A stretch of DNA of 64,000 nucleotides from an uncultured Methanomicrobiales archaeon (GCA_963697895.1 OY969100.1:1504001-1568000); one strand, 5' to 3'; shown: positions 19,549 to 30,524, counted from the first letter of the stretch. Notes: generated by a model not told the origin, from the sequence alone. Made by a program: numbers and translations.

Positions 19549-20295
19549 ATGCAGGAAGAAATGGGTTGTACAATGGGACAGATAGAACAGCTGATCCGCT
19601 ATGCTTTCTGGTCGAGCGGGAGTTCCGGGATTGTGCTCGGGATGAGTGGCGGTATCGATTCATCGGTTGCTGCGACGTTCTGCTGCAAGGCGATCGGCGG
19701 AGACCGCGTGCTTGGCCTCATCCTTCCCTCTATCGTGACGAGAGAAGATGATATTACAGATGCACAAGACCTGTGCAAGGCACTGGGAATGGAATACCTG
19801 ACGTTCGGAGTTGATCCGCTGCTTGCTGGATTTACCGTCATTCCCGGATATGAAGAGTCGCCGTATCTCCGCGGGAACCTGATGGCGCGCATCCGAATGA
19901 CCGTGCTTTATTATTTTGCCAATCGGGATCACCGCATCGTCTGCGGTACATCAAACCGGACCGAATACCTGATCGGATACTGCACGAAATTCGGAGATAA
20001 TGCGGCTGACATCCAGCCGATCATCCATCTGTATAAAACTGACGTTTACCGGGTCGCAGAGGATCTGATGATTCCGGATTCGATCCGCAATAAAGTACCT
20101 TCTGCCGGGTTATGGGAAGGACAAAGCGACGAACAGGAGATCGGGCTGTCTTACCCGATCATCGATGAAGCACTTCGCGCGCTTGAGATAAACGGATGGA
20201 AGAGTCGAAATTCAGTAGAAGAAAAGGTCCTTCAGATGGTAAGTAAAAGTGAACACAAGCGAATTTCCGCATATCATCTCACCACAATCTGCTGA
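19549..20295 (+). CDS. nadE: NH3-dependent NAD+ synthetase
   Basis: GMSGGIDS, NLMARIRM, GTSNRTE..GYCTKFGD, PSAGLW.GQSDE. Confidence 0.95.
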   Translation: MQEEMGCTMGQIEQLIRYAFWSSGSSGIVLGMSGGIDSSVAATFCCKAIGGDRVLGLILPSIVTREDDITDAQDLCKALGMEYLTFGVDPLLAGFTVIPGYEESPYLRGNLMARIRMTVLYYFANRDHRIVCGTSNRTEYLIGYCTKFGDNAADIQPIIHLYKTDVYRVAEDLMIPDSIRNKVPSAGLWEGQSDEQEIGLSYPIIDEALRALEINGWKSRNSVEEKVLQMVSKSEHKRISAYHLTTIC

Positions 20296-20968
20296 GACTT
20301 CCCCCATATTCTTCTGGCTTATTGAGGAAATTGAGGGAATCACCACCGATCATCGTCGAAAGCGACCCCGCAGGAAGGATATCCGTGGCAAGCTGCCGGG
20401 GAATGTCTCGTAATGGTTGTATTCCAGGGTAGTATGGATTCTTAATCAGGACTCCCCCTTCCAGTTCATAATACGCTGCCCCGTGATATCGTTCATATTC
20501 GTCATATTCGCTTGAAAAATCCGTAGATACGATATTTGCCATGACAAGGGTCTCTGAACCAGGATTGATAGTGACGTGCCCATAATCGGGAGGAATAATA
20601 ACCCGTTCACCACGCACCGCAGGAATAAGTATGAGATCATTCAGGGTCCGGTGCTGCAGGAGGTAATGAGCCATTCCTTCCAGCACCTCATATACTTCCG
20701 GATATCCGATACCGGCGGGATTTTTCGGATGATAGTGACCTTTGGTCTTCACATACTCTTTACACAGAATACGGGGTGGAATCACAGTGACGTCATAACG
20801 AAGATGGTGTTTCGAAAGCCATTCCCGTTCCCGATCGTCCCGCGAAAGATCGCGGTACATAAGATAGAGCGGTTCATCTGAATTGCAGTTCTGATCGTAA
20901 AGGAGCGGTCTGAGCTCCTCGATCGTCCGTACCTGCGGTTCCGGTAAGATGCCGTCCCAGGGGAACAT
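20279..20968 (-). CDS. pgiA: Cupin-type glucose-6-phosphate isomerase
   Basis: KTKGHYH, YPEVYEVLEG, IPPDYGHVTIN. Confidence 0.9.
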   Translation of the reverse strand: MFPWDGILPEPQVRTIEELRPLLYDQNCNSDEPLYLMYRDLSRDDREREWLSKHHLRYDVTVIPPRILCKEYVKTKGHYHPKNPAGIGYPEVYEVLEGMAHYLLQHRTLNDLILIPAVRGERVIIPPDYGHVTINPGSETLVMANIVSTDFSSEYDEYERYHGAAYYELEGGVLIKNPYYPGIQPLRDIPRQLATDILPAGSLSTMIGGDSLNFLNKPEEYGGSLSRLW

Positions 20969-21124
20969 TAATTTTTCTTCATTTTCTAACTACATAAAAG
21001 GATTGATGCAGATGAAAACGAAAAATCGGGCGTAAATGTCCCACGAAGAAAATTATTGATACACTTATATATCTATGTAGGCATGAAAATTAATGGAAAA
21101 CTCATCCAGCCCATTCATCATAAC

Positions 21125-21889
21125 TTAATAATCCCGGATCTCGTTCATCTGGGTAACGTCCATCAATCCTTTCATGGCAAGTGTCTGCACCGGAATTCCC
21201 CCTTCTTTTACCGCAGCCATGGGATTGGTTCCTCCGACCGCCACGATCCCAAGGTACTGGGGGTCGACCACGACCCCGAGCGCAGGGGTATTGGGAAGAC
21301 CCACATCGAGGATGCCCGTAAAGCTGCTCCCCGACAGGTCATCCAGAACATCCCCAATCAGTGATTCCGCTTCCATGTGACATTCACGTATATTCGCCAG
21401 GATCGTCCCGCTACCCTTTCGCATGACATCGGAGATCGAGGTGATATCCTGTGAACTGAGAACCTGCAAAGGATCAACGGTCGTGTATTCATAGAGAATA
21501 ATATGGGTGAATCTCCTCGGAATTCTCCGCTCAATCTCCACAACCCCGCCACCGATTGGATTCAAAGGAACACCGCGTTTGAGAAGCAGTCCATCGAGTG
21601 TGGAACTGCACATACTGATGCAAGCAGTTTTTCCCTCCGGAACCCGGAATTGGCCCAGTTCTTCTCCCGCATCTAAAAAACGAACAAGACCGCTGGCACA
21701 GATACCGGCCTTGCATGCATCCTTGAATACCGAGACGGTGTACTCAAAATCCTCATTGCGTATGACTGACAGGTTGTATACGACAAGCCCGGTCCCTTCC
21801 TTCGGGTTATAGGTCACCTGAGTTGCGTATTCCTCAATTCTATGGTTGACGAATTTCAGGGGAAGGGTCATTATGTACAGATCGTTCAT
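21125..21889 (-). CDS. DUF128/NRD-domain protein (NrpRII-like, no HTH)
   Basis: CSSTLDGLLLKRGVP, GGGVVE, TTVDPL, GTILANIRE, VGGTNPMAA; start may be 21871. Confidence 0.8.
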   Translation of the reverse strand: MNDLYIMTLPLKFVNHRIEEYATQVTYNPKEGTGLVVYNLSVIRNEDFEYTVSVFKDACKAGICASGLVRFLDAGEELGQFRVPEGKTACISMCSSTLDGLLLKRGVPLNPIGGGVVEIERRIPRRFTHIILYEYTTVDPLQVLSSQDITSISDVMRKGSGTILANIRECHMEAESLIGDVLDDLSGSSFTGILDVGLPNTPALGVVVDPQYLGIVAVGGTNPMAAVKEGGIPVQTLAMKGLMDVTQMNEIRDY

Positions 21890-21931
21890 CGCAATAGAAA
21901 AATTGTTCTATAAGATGAAGGAAATGTATGG

Positions 21932-22882
21932 ATGATGGATGACGAATTACGGGAAAAGGCCAAAAAAGAACTGAGGTTCATCCTTGAGACCGCAGGGTAC
22001 GATGTGGATGATGTGGATGAACCCATGGATCTTTCCGCAACCCGGCAGGGAGAATGTCTGCTTGTTCTCTGTTCTGATGATGAGAAAACCATTGACCAGT
22101 TCGATAAGACTCACTATAACCTGAAACTTGACGAAGGAGAGATCGGATGCAAAAAGATTCTCTTCTCCCTCAACGACACGGTCAGGGCGGAAAACTGCAT
22201 TGTGTGGGGAGTGAGGGAATTTGTACGGTATGCAGGAGAAGCGGTATTTGCGGAGATGCTTGACCGGGAACTGTCCCTCTCCTTTACATCGACGGAGAAT
22301 AAGACTGCTGCTGCCGTGGCTGAAGAAGAAGAGCCTGTTTCGTCCGGGATCAGCATACCGCATCTCCCGGTCAAGGTGAATAAACAGCAAGCGGAACGGA
22401 TTGCGGGGACACAAGGTCAGATGAACCTCCGTCTCATGCCGCACTGGGTGTACCATTTCGTAAGCAGCGGGGAGCAGATCTATAAAGAGCATCACATACC
22501 CTTTGATGCCGAGGGTTATGGTGCAGTCAATGCAATCAACGGGATGAAAGTGGAGATCGATTCAAATGCAATCGACAATGGTGAAGTACCAGGAAATGCC
22601 GAACTCCTCCAGCCGCATATCTCGCAGGAAGATGCAAAGGAGAAGATCTATTCGGATGTCATCGAAAAGCTGACTCAGCATGTCCGGATAAAACAAGCTA
22701 AAGGGGATGCGATCTACTACGAAGAAAAAGTGCTGAAACCCGACAAGAATAACATCACGATCGAGATTTCCCAGGTTTATATCCCCGTCTGGCAGATACG
22801 GGGGAAAAAAATCGTGGAAGTGAATGCGTTCACCGGCGAAGTCCTCTCCCAGCCAATGGATGAGGGTGTGGAGATCCTCTGA
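21932..22882 (+). CDS. Conserved hypothetical protein
   Basis: 316 aa ORF with coding-like composition, divergent from the DUF128 gene; C-terminal VYIPVWQI...VNAFTGE. Confidence 0.7.
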   Translation: MMDDELREKAKKELRFILETAGYDVDDVDEPMDLSATRQGECLLVLCSDDEKTIDQFDKTHYNLKLDEGEIGCKKILFSLNDTVRAENCIVWGVREFVRYAGEAVFAEMLDRELSLSFTSTENKTAAAVAEEEEPVSSGISIPHLPVKVNKQQAERIAGTQGQMNLRLMPHWVYHFVSSGEQIYKEHHIPFDAEGYGAVNAINGMKVEIDSNAIDNGEVPGNAELLQPHISQEDAKEKIYSDVIEKLTQHVRIKQAKGDAIYYEEKVLKPDKNNITIEISQVYIPVWQIRGKKIVEVNAFTGEVLSQPMDEGVEIL

Positions 22883-22891
22883 TCTTTTTCC

Positions 22892-24223
22892 ATGATCGTT
22901 ATTGTCGGGGCTGGACCGGCCGGAAGAACAGCAGCGGTTCACCTCGCAACTGCCGGCGAAGAAGTGCAGCTGGTTGAAGGTGAGGGGATCGGTGGCCAGT
23001 GCCTCAATTATGGCTGCATGGTTATCTGTGCATTGAACGACCTTGCCCGAACCCTCAACGAGACCAGGAACCTTCAATCACTCGGTATTCTCGATTCCAC
23101 ACCATCGCTGCACTTCCCCACCATGATACGTCAGCTCCGCGTTGTGAAGGAGATGATTGCGAAGATCCTCGACGAGGAGACGAGAAAGGCAGGGGTAGAG
23201 ATACTCTATGGGAATGAAGCCCGGCTCGAGGGTACGCATCTTACCATCGGTGATGAACACATCGATGCGGACGCGCTTGTTCTGGCAACAGGATCAAAAC
23301 CAGCAATCCCTGACATTCCCGGTATAACACTTCCTGAAGTCTTCAATCCTCATACATTGGGCAGGATGAGTGAATTGCCGGATCGGATGGCAGTTATCGG
23401 TGGCGGGATCATGGCTGCTGAGATCGCCTATGCCTTCCAGCAATTCGGGTCCGATGTGAGCTTAATTGCCCGAAGCCAGCTGTTGAAGGGATTGGACCCG
23501 AAACTGAGAAATCTCGCAATAAAGGAACTTGATAATGTTCAGATTTATACTAATACCTCTGTTGCAAAGATTGATGGGGCGACCCAAGCTCAATCGATCA
23601 CCATTGAGCATTTGAATTCGACAAAACAGATCGACATCGATGCTGTTTTTGTAGCTGCAGGCTTGGTTCCCCGTACGGAAAATCTCGCGGGGATAAAAAA
23701 AGGGTCACTGGAAGAAGTGGTCGTCGATCGGAGAATGCGTACGAATATTGAGGGAATTTACGCTGCCGGAGATGTGACCGGGCCTCCATATCTTACTCCT
23801 GTTTCCCGGCACGAAGGAATCGTTGCGGCCGAAAATATCCTCGGGCATTCGTGTGAGATGGATTATCGCTATATTCCACAGTTCATGAGCCTCAAAAACG
23901 AGTTCGGCTTCTTCGACGACGGAACGACCGATGCGGTGGCGATGAGCGTCCCCGGGCCTGCCGGCCCCGGTTCTTTCTGGGGGGTTCCCAACGGTGATAC
24001 TGGGGTCGCAACAATCCGGATCGATCCAATAGACGGACGAATCTGCGGAATGAGTACAGCAGCACCGGCAGGCGGGATCATTGCGGCATATATGGCGTTC
24101 CTTGCTCACAAGGAGATGACCGTGTATGGGTTTGAGGAATTCATGGAAGTGCACCCGATGGCGGATGGGGTATACGGGTTGATCCGGTATGCGGCGGGAT
24201 ACCTGAAGAACAAGAGACTGTAG
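22892..24223 (+). CDS. Dihydrolipoamide dehydrogenase-like pyridine nucleotide-disulfide oxidoreductase
   Basis: GAGPAG, GGQCLNYGC redox disulfide, ATGS, IYAAGD, HP motif. Confidence 0.85.
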   Translation: MIVIVGAGPAGRTAAVHLATAGEEVQLVEGEGIGGQCLNYGCMVICALNDLARTLNETRNLQSLGILDSTPSLHFPTMIRQLRVVKEMIAKILDEETRKAGVEILYGNEARLEGTHLTIGDEHIDADALVLATGSKPAIPDIPGITLPEVFNPHTLGRMSELPDRMAVIGGGIMAAEIAYAFQQFGSDVSLIARSQLLKGLDPKLRNLAIKELDNVQIYTNTSVAKIDGATQAQSITIEHLNSTKQIDIDAVFVAAGLVPRTENLAGIKKGSLEEVVVDRRMRTNIEGIYAAGDVTGPPYLTPVSRHEGIVAAENILGHSCEMDYRYIPQFMSLKNEFGFFDDGTTDAVAMSVPGPAGPGSFWGVPNGDTGVATIRIDPIDGRICGMSTAAPAGGIIAAYMAFLAHKEMTVYGFEEFMEVHPMADGVYGLIRYAAGYLKNKRL

Positions 24224-24401
24224 TTATTCCCTTTGTAGGGATTGCCCGGATCGAGATTCTTCCGCAAGGAATGAACGGCTAATTCGGCCCAGTAACATTA
24301 TTCTGGTTTAGAAGATTTGGAGGGTCCATTTTTTACTTAAAGGAGGCTGATTGTTCGGAAAAACACCGATAAAAAACTGAAATAAAAACCCGGAAACGAG
24401 A

Positions 24402-24513
24402 TGCTGCGGACGGGATCCGAACCCGCGACCTCCAGATATCTCAGATGATGGCGCCTCGATGATACACGAAAACCCTATGAGTCTGGCGCCCTAACCAGCT
24501 AGGCCACCGCAGC
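24402..24513 (-). tRNA. tRNA-Met(CAT), elongator type, with 38-nt intron (24438-24475)
   Basis: GCTGCGG acceptor stem; anticodon arm CCAGA-CTCATA^A-TCTGG interrupted at the canonical 37/38 position. Confidence 0.92.
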
Positions 24514-24669
24514 ACAAAATTTGCATAGTAAAAACGCATTGAGCTCTATTAAAGGTTCTGATATACTTCGCATCAATCGTGTGGGATCTTCAAATTGTAT
24601 CATTTACATTTGACCCTGTTTCGAAATAGTGTTTTGCAGGGGAAAATGAAAAATTAGGACCATCCAGAA

Positions 24670-26154
24670 TCATGGAGGTTTCCTTCCCTGTTGTTGAAGA
24701 TACAATGTGACCGCAGAGGTCACTGCTGCCGTTTTTTTGCCCTGCCTGAGCGATGCGGCAAGCGTCTGCATACGGGTCTCGTCTTCCATGACATACCGCT
24801 GAAGTGACCGGGCGACATGCTCTTCCTGCAGGAAGTGCGTATGTGTATTGCCCTCGATGAACTGCTGGTTCCGCATAATTGCATAGTGGAGGGGGATGGT
24901 TGTCTTCACCCCGATGATCACATATTCATAGAGCGCACGCCGCATCCGCTCGATCGCCTCCTGTCGTGTCATTCCATATGCACAAAGCTTTGATATCATG
25001 GAGTCATAATTCGTCGGTATCGTATATCCCATGTGAATGCCGGAATCCACCCGGACACCGGGGCCACCGGGAGAGCGATACCGGAGGATTTTCCCGGGAT
25101 CGACCGCGAAGTTGTTCATGGGATCTTCTGCGTTGATCCGGCACTCGATGGCATGACCACGGAGGCTGATATCTTCCTGCCCGAAGGAAAGCGCTTCACC
25201 GGCTGCGATTGCAATCTGCTGGCGGACGATATCAATTCCTGTTGTGAGCTCAGTAACCGTGTGTTCCACCTGGAGACGGGTGTTCACCTCCATGAAGTAA
25301 TATTCTCCTGAAGAGTACAGGAATTCTACGGTCCCCGCATTGGTGTAGTGAGAAGTTTCGGCAACCGCCAGAGCTGATTCCGCCATCCTGCTCCGTAAGT
25401 CACCGGTCATGATAGGGCAGGGAGACTCCTCAACCAGCTTCTGATAGCGTCGCTGGATGGAGCATTCCCGGTCAAAGAGATGAACACGATTACCATGCTC
25501 ATCTGCCAGGATCTGGAACTCGATATGCCGCGGTTTGGTCAGGTACTTCTCGATAAAAACTCTTGGGTCCCCGAATGCAGAAGCTGCCACCCTCTTACCT
25601 GCTTCAACGGCCGCTCCCAGTGCGTTACCATCATGGACGATCTGCATGCCGATGCCGCCCCCGCCCGCACTCGCCTTCACGATCACCGGGTATCCTATCT
25701 TTTCAGCGACCGCAAGAGCCTCTCCGACATCCTCGATCCCCCCTTCGGTTCCGGGGAGAATTGGCACTCCGGCCCTCCTCATTGTCTGTTTGCATTCTAT
25801 CTTTGAGCCTAATTCATGGATTGTCTGCCAGGATGGTCCGACGAAGGTGACTCCTTCCTCCTGACAGAGTTTTGCAAACCGGTAGTTTTCGGCGAGAAAT
25901 CCATATCCCGGGTGAACTGCCTCAGCTCCGGATTTTTTGGCAATATCGACGATCCGCTCCATATTGAGATAACTCTTCGAGGGAGGTGCTTCCCCGACTA
26001 AAAAGGCCTCGTCTGCATATTTCACATGGAGTGCATCCTTATCAACAGTAGAATATATCGCTACAGTTTCAATGTTGAGCTCGCGACAGGCACGCATCAC
26101 GCGAATTGCTATCTCGCCCCTGTTTGCAACGAGAACCTTGTCGAAATACTTCAT
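24670..26154 (-). CDS. pycA: Pyruvate carboxylase subunit A (biotin carboxylase)
   Basis: ANRGEIA, HPGYGFLAEN, RECSIQRR, MEVNTRLQVEH. Confidence 0.95.
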   Translation of the reverse strand: MKYFDKVLVANRGEIAIRVMRACRELNIETVAIYSTVDKDALHVKYADEAFLVGEAPPSKSYLNMERIVDIAKKSGAEAVHPGYGFLAENYRFAKLCQEEGVTFVGPSWQTIHELGSKIECKQTMRRAGVPILPGTEGGIEDVGEALAVAEKIGYPVIVKASAGGGGIGMQIVHDGNALGAAVEAGKRVAASAFGDPRVFIEKYLTKPRHIEFQILADEHGNRVHLFDRECSIQRRYQKLVEESPCPIMTGDLRSRMAESALAVAETSHYTNAGTVEFLYSSGEYYFMEVNTRLQVEHTVTELTTGIDIVRQQIAIAAGEALSFGQEDISLRGHAIECRINAEDPMNNFAVDPGKILRYRSPGGPGVRVDSGIHMGYTIPTNYDSMISKLCAYGMTRQEAIERMRRALYEYVIIGVKTTIPLHYAIMRNQQFIEGNTHTHFLQEEHVARSLQRYVMEDETRMQTLAASLRQGKKTAAVTSAVTLYLQQQGRKPP

Positions 26155-27893
26155 TCCACCACCAAAAGGACATCCCCGTTCTGGACCACATCTCCGACGT
26201 CCACAAAGATCTCCGCAACCTTGCCGTCTGCAGGAGCATGAATCGGGTTTTCCATTTTCATTGCTTCAAGGACAAGGAGAAGGTCCCCTTTTTTTACCCG
26301 AGTCCCACGACTCACCGACACTTCAAGGACCATTCCCTGCATATTACTCTTGATACCCCCCTGAATGTCTCCTCGAGGAATCTTCTGGGCTTGCACGCTT
26401 GCGATCTCTGTCGCACTTCCTTCTACGGAGATGATCCGTACCGAAAATATTTCACCATCAACCTCTACTTCCATGGAACGCGGAATATTGGTTGTCTTGT
26501 CCATCGAAGGCACGTGTTTAGTAGGAATTACTTCCTCTTTTCGCTCTCCGCGGAGGAAGGAAGGCGCTATTGCAGGGTAGAGGATGTACGTCAGCACATC
26601 CTCTTCTTTTTTCACCAGGCCCTCCGCTATTGCCTGCTCTTTCATCTTCGTATAAACCGGTTCCAGGAGATCGGCCGGTCTCACCGTGATCACCGGTTCG
26701 TCACCAATGATCAGCCTTCGGATCTCATCCCGGATCGGCGCGGGGGCTTTCCCATAGAGCCCCCGTACGTAATCCTTCACCTCCTTGCTCACGCTCCGGT
26801 ACCGTTCTCCGCCGAGGAGGACGTTCATGACCGCCTGGGTGCCGACAATCTGCGATGTCGGGGTAACAAGGGGTGGGTAACCCAGGTCCTCCCTAACCTG
26901 TGGGATTTCCTTGAATACATCATCCAGCTTATCAAGGGCATCCTGCTCTTTCAGTTGGGAGACAAGGTTCGATATCATCCCGCCGGGAAGCTGATAGATG
27001 AGCACATCACTGTCCACCCGTTCAGAGATCGGATCGATAAGCCCGGCATATTTTTCCCGTATCTTCAGGCAGTAATTTCTCACTCCGCGAAGCGCAATCA
27101 GGTCGATGCCGGTGTCTCTCGGCGTTCCCTTCAGAGAAGCAACCACACTTTCCGTTGGAGGTTGTGATGTTCCCAGTGCAAAGGGCGACATCGCTGTGTC
27201 GAGAATATCGACACCGGCCTCGATCGCGGCCTGGTAACTCATGGATGCAATACCGCTCGTGGAATGGCTGTGTAAATTCACCATGATATCCATCTCCCCT
27301 TTTATTCCGGAGATCAGGTCATACGCCGCTGACGGCATGATGAGACCGGCCATATCTTTGATACAGATAGAATCACAATCGTTCGCGTAGAGATCCCGTG
27401 CCATTTGAATGAAACGCCCTGTCGAATGGACGGGACTGGTGGTATACGAGATGGTGCCCTGAAGATGCGCACCCACATCTTTTACCATTCTCATAGATTC
27501 CTGCATATTCCGGATATCGTTCAGGGCATCAAATACCCGGAAGACATCCACTCCATTTTCTGCAGCGAGAATTACAAACCGATCGACGACATCATCCGGA
27601 TAATGGCGGTACCCGACAAGATTCTGTCCGCGGAGAAGCATCTGGACCGGCGTGTGTTTCAACTCTGCCTTCAGCTGCTTTAACCGATCCCAGGGATCTT
27701 CATTCAGAAAACGGATAGCGGTATCAAAGGTGGCGCCCCCCCACGCCTCAACCGAGAAGAAACCGATCCCATCGATCTTGCGGGCCAGGAGAAGGATATC
27801 CTCCGTTCGCAACCTTGTGGCGACAAGCGACTGATGCGCATCACGAAGCGTTGTATCTGTGATCAGGAGTTTGCTCGAAGCGGCAGGACTCAT
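26151..27893 (-). CDS. pycB: Pyruvate carboxylase subunit B
   Basis: RDAHQS, WGGATFD, IKDMAG, EAMKM biotinylation site. Confidence 0.95.
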   Translation of the reverse strand: MSPAASSKLLITDTTLRDAHQSLVATRLRTEDILLLARKIDGIGFFSVEAWGGATFDTAIRFLNEDPWDRLKQLKAELKHTPVQMLLRGQNLVGYRHYPDDVVDRFVILAAENGVDVFRVFDALNDIRNMQESMRMVKDVGAHLQGTISYTTSPVHSTGRFIQMARDLYANDCDSICIKDMAGLIMPSAAYDLISGIKGEMDIMVNLHSHSTSGIASMSYQAAIEAGVDILDTAMSPFALGTSQPPTESVVASLKGTPRDTGIDLIALRGVRNYCLKIREKYAGLIDPISERVDSDVLIYQLPGGMISNLVSQLKEQDALDKLDDVFKEIPQVREDLGYPPLVTPTSQIVGTQAVMNVLLGGERYRSVSKEVKDYVRGLYGKAPAPIRDEIRRLIIGDEPVITVRPADLLEPVYTKMKEQAIAEGLVKKEEDVLTYILYPAIAPSFLRGERKEEVIPTKHVPSMDKTTNIPRSMEVEVDGEIFSVRIISVEGSATEIASVQAQKIPRGDIQGGIKSNMQGMVLEVSVSRGTRVKKGDLLLVLEAMKMENPIHAPADGKVAEIFVDVGDVVQNGDVLLVVE

Positions 27894-27940
27894 CAGGGCA
27901 CCTCCGGCCGAATGTGTCTGGTATTCAAACTGCTAAAACG

Positions 27941-28594
27941 TTAGTGTAGAAGTATAAAAACATCACGAACCGGGATGAAAGCGAATAACAGCACGAGAAT
28001 TGAGGAAAATCCGGCGATCTGATCGATCCATCGGCTGGCGAATGCCGGACAAATACTTCCCCCTCCCTGGTACCCCCTGATGGCGAGGATCTCCGCCTGA
28101 TCTCGCGCCCGTTCCAGCTGCTGATGGATGATCATCCCGGTTGCCGGCACAATCGTACGGATACCGGGTGTAATCCGTTTGATCCGATGAGCCATGCCAG
28201 CCCGGCCGATGTCTTCACGGATTATTTCGATTCCTTGGACTGACATCTCTGCTGCGAGACCAAGGTCGAATCCCCAGTTTCTGCCGAAGAGCCAGACCGA
28301 GACACTGAGGAACTCTCCAGGAACCCGTTCTCCGTATGCCCATCCGGCAATGAGAATTATTACCCCCATCCTGATACCGTATGAGATACCATTCCCGCTG
28401 AATATCTCGGCTAAAAAGGCAAACAGCAGTACGGAGATAAGAAACAGAACGAGACCCCGTGAACGATGCAGGCTCCGGAACGAAGGTGTGAATACAAGCC
28501 ACCAGAGGAATACTGCTGCTGCTCCCCAGAGGCTCGCAAACGCTGCGAGGGAGAGGATTATGATAGAGAAGATCCGGATACGCGGGTCCTGCAT
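27941..28594 (-). CDS. ECF transporter T component (BioN-like)
   Basis: MQDPRIR start, hydrophobic segments, AEILAIRGY motif, context with bioY. Confidence 0.7.
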   Translation of the reverse strand: MQDPRIRIFSIIILSLAAFASLWGAAAVFLWWLVFTPSFRSLHRSRGLVLFLISVLLFAFLAEIFSGNGISYGIRMGVIILIAGWAYGERVPGEFLSVSVWLFGRNWGFDLGLAAEMSVQGIEIIREDIGRAGMAHRIKRITPGIRTIVPATGMIIHQQLERARDQAEILAIRGYQGGGSICPAFASRWIDQIAGFSSILVLLFAFIPVRDVFILLH

Positions 28595-29275
28595 GCAGCC
28601 TCCATGAGATCTGCCGGACTGATATTGTCCGGAATTATTCCTGCAGATATCAGCGAACGCAACTGATCCGAGGCATTTTTCCATGCTCCGATTGCCCCGG
28701 GGACGTCCCCGAGACCCGTCAATCTCCCCGAATCGAGCACCCAGATTTCTTTAACCCGGGGGAAATACCACTGTTCGTGAGTCATGAGAAGGGTTATGCC
28801 TTTTGAACGATCCGAGAGCTTCCGACAGAGAACGGCCTTCCCCTCGCAGTCAAGGGAACTGAAAGGCTCATCAAGAATGAGGAGATCGCCTGGCGCTGAT
28901 ATTGCACAGGTCAGCTGGAGACGCTTTCAGCTCGCCCCGGCTGAGGGACGACGGCTCCTCTCTTCCACGACCGTACAGTCCAGAGTCTCTGAGTATCTCA
29001 TCCGATACGAGTCCCCAGGATCTGACCTCATCTGCGATTGTTTTTCCGGTTATATGGTACTCAGGGAACTGAAGTGAGAGAACGACGGCCTGTATGCCAT
29101 CTTTCCTAATATCACCCGCTGCCGGCCTGAGCAGACCTGAAGCAATCATGGCAAGGGTGCTCTTTCCCGATCCGACCGGGCCACTGATCAGATGAATCCC
29201 TTCATGGAACGTTCCGGTTGCATGGAGAGACCACCCATTTCGCGTAAAGATAACGTTATCGAGCGTGAACTGCAT
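28558..29275 (-). CDS. ECF/ABC ATPase, split by a +1 frameshift at 28925-28927
   Basis: GPVGSGKS and LSRGELK; LILDEPFSSLD continues in the shifted frame, then THEQ. Confidence 0.8.
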
Positions 29276-29942
29276 CGCGGAGCCTCCAGACTGGGGGATA
29301 GAAACAAGTATTCGAAAGCCGGCTGAATACCTCGGCAGGTGTTCCCTGAAAAAGAGGTGACCCCTCCTTCAGATAGACGACGTTCTCTGCCCCGGTAACC
29401 AGATCCATTTGCTGGGTACACTGAATCACATATTTGCACCCAGCTTCACTTATGATCTTTCCGGCTCTCATCATGGCAGCAGCATCGAGATGCGAATCGA
29501 ACTCGTCAAGTACCAGAAGAAGAGGACGGTGAGCGAGTGCGGTCAGAAGGGATATGAGTGCCTTTTCTCCCCCGGAAAGGGTTCCTGTTAGTCTATCGAG
29601 CAGGTCCTCGATTCCTGCCAGTTCCACAAGCTCTTCGACCCTTCTCTTGGTTTCTGAACATTTCATCCCCCCGAACCTGAGTGGAGAGGCGAGTTCATCC
29701 GAAACCAGCTGGAGGAGGAGGTTACGGTCGGGAAACTCGTGTACCCATCCGACCTCGGTCTCCCTCGGGGCAATACCATCAACGAGGATCTCTCCCTCCT
29801 CCGGAAGCGCCAATCCTGTAATAATACGAAGCAGCGTTGTCTTTCCACTCCCGTTCGGGCCGATCACCGCTGTCCTTCCCGGGGGGATACCCAGTGACGG
29901 AATATTAAGGCTCTGGAATCTCAGCCGGTTGATTATCAGCAT
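29256..29942 (-). CDS. ECF/ABC ATPase (BioM-like)
   Basis: GPNGSGKT, LSGGEK, LVLDEFDSHLD. Confidence 0.88.
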   Translation of the reverse strand: MLIINRLRFQSLNIPSLGIPPGRTAVIGPNGSGKTTLLRIITGLALPEEGEILVDGIAPRETEVGWVHEFPDRNLLLQLVSDELASPLRFGGMKCSETKRRVEELVELAGIEDLLDRLTGTLSGGEKALISLLTALAHRPLLLVLDEFDSHLDAAAMMRAGKIISEAGCKYVIQCTQQMDLVTGAENVVYLKEGSPLFQGTPAEVFSRLSNTCFYPPVWRLRDAVHAR

Positions 29943-29946
29943 CGTA

Positions 29947-30495
29947 TCAATGCTCCTGGACTTTTCTCAGATCTACATTATCCGCGCCGCGGAGTCGTTT
30001 GGCAATCTGATAAACGGCAAATCCTTTGATCACGTCACCGGGAAGGAACAGGAGCATCCCAAGGATTATGGCCACGGTAAACGGGATTCCCGTTGACAGA
30101 CTGATCCAGGTAACACCGAATACATAGATGATCAGGGTACCTGCGATGAGTCCGCCGATATGATTAACGACTGATGTGGTCTCGTACGCGAGACCCACGA
30201 CCAATGCGGCGGAAATAAAACCGAAGATATATCCCCCTGTGGGACCGAGCAGGACACCGATACCTGTCGTCCCGTTATGAAAAACCGGCAGCCCGAGGGC
30301 TCCACAGAGAACGTACAGACCGGTCGGCACCACTGCGTATCGTTTCATCACCGCACCGGATAGCAGTACAAAAAAACTCTGTAACGTGATCGGTACCGGT
30401 ACGAAGGGAATTGATATCCAGCTTCCCACCGTAATAAGCCCAATAAAAACCGCGGAATAAGATATTATCATCGAGCGCCGTGGGTCGCCGAACAT
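29947..30495 (-). CDS. bioY: Biotin ECF transporter S component BioY
   Basis: PVPITLQ, GALGLPVF, GPTGGYIFGF, FLPGDVIK. Confidence 0.95.
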   Translation of the reverse strand: MFGDPRRSMIISYSAVFIGLITVGSWISIPFVPVPITLQSFFVLLSGAVMKRYAVVPTGLYVLCGALGLPVFHNGTTGIGVLLGPTGGYIFGFISAALVVGLAYETTSVVNHIGGLIAGTLIIYVFGVTWISLSTGIPFTVAIILGMLLFLPGDVIKGFAVYQIAKRLRGADNVDLRKVQEH

Positions 30496-30496
30496 G

Positions 30497-30524
30497 GTAA
30501 ACCTTCAAAAAAATTAGGGTTGAC
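30497..30524. promoter_or_regulatory. BirA operator
   Basis: GTAAACC-N14-GGTTGAC inverted repeat abutting the bioY ATG; matches the known BirA box architecture; an HTH-bearing birA is adjacent. Confidence 0.8.

Noticed and set aside
26106-27167. 353-aa plus-strand ORF
   Set aside because: Antisense shadow of pycB
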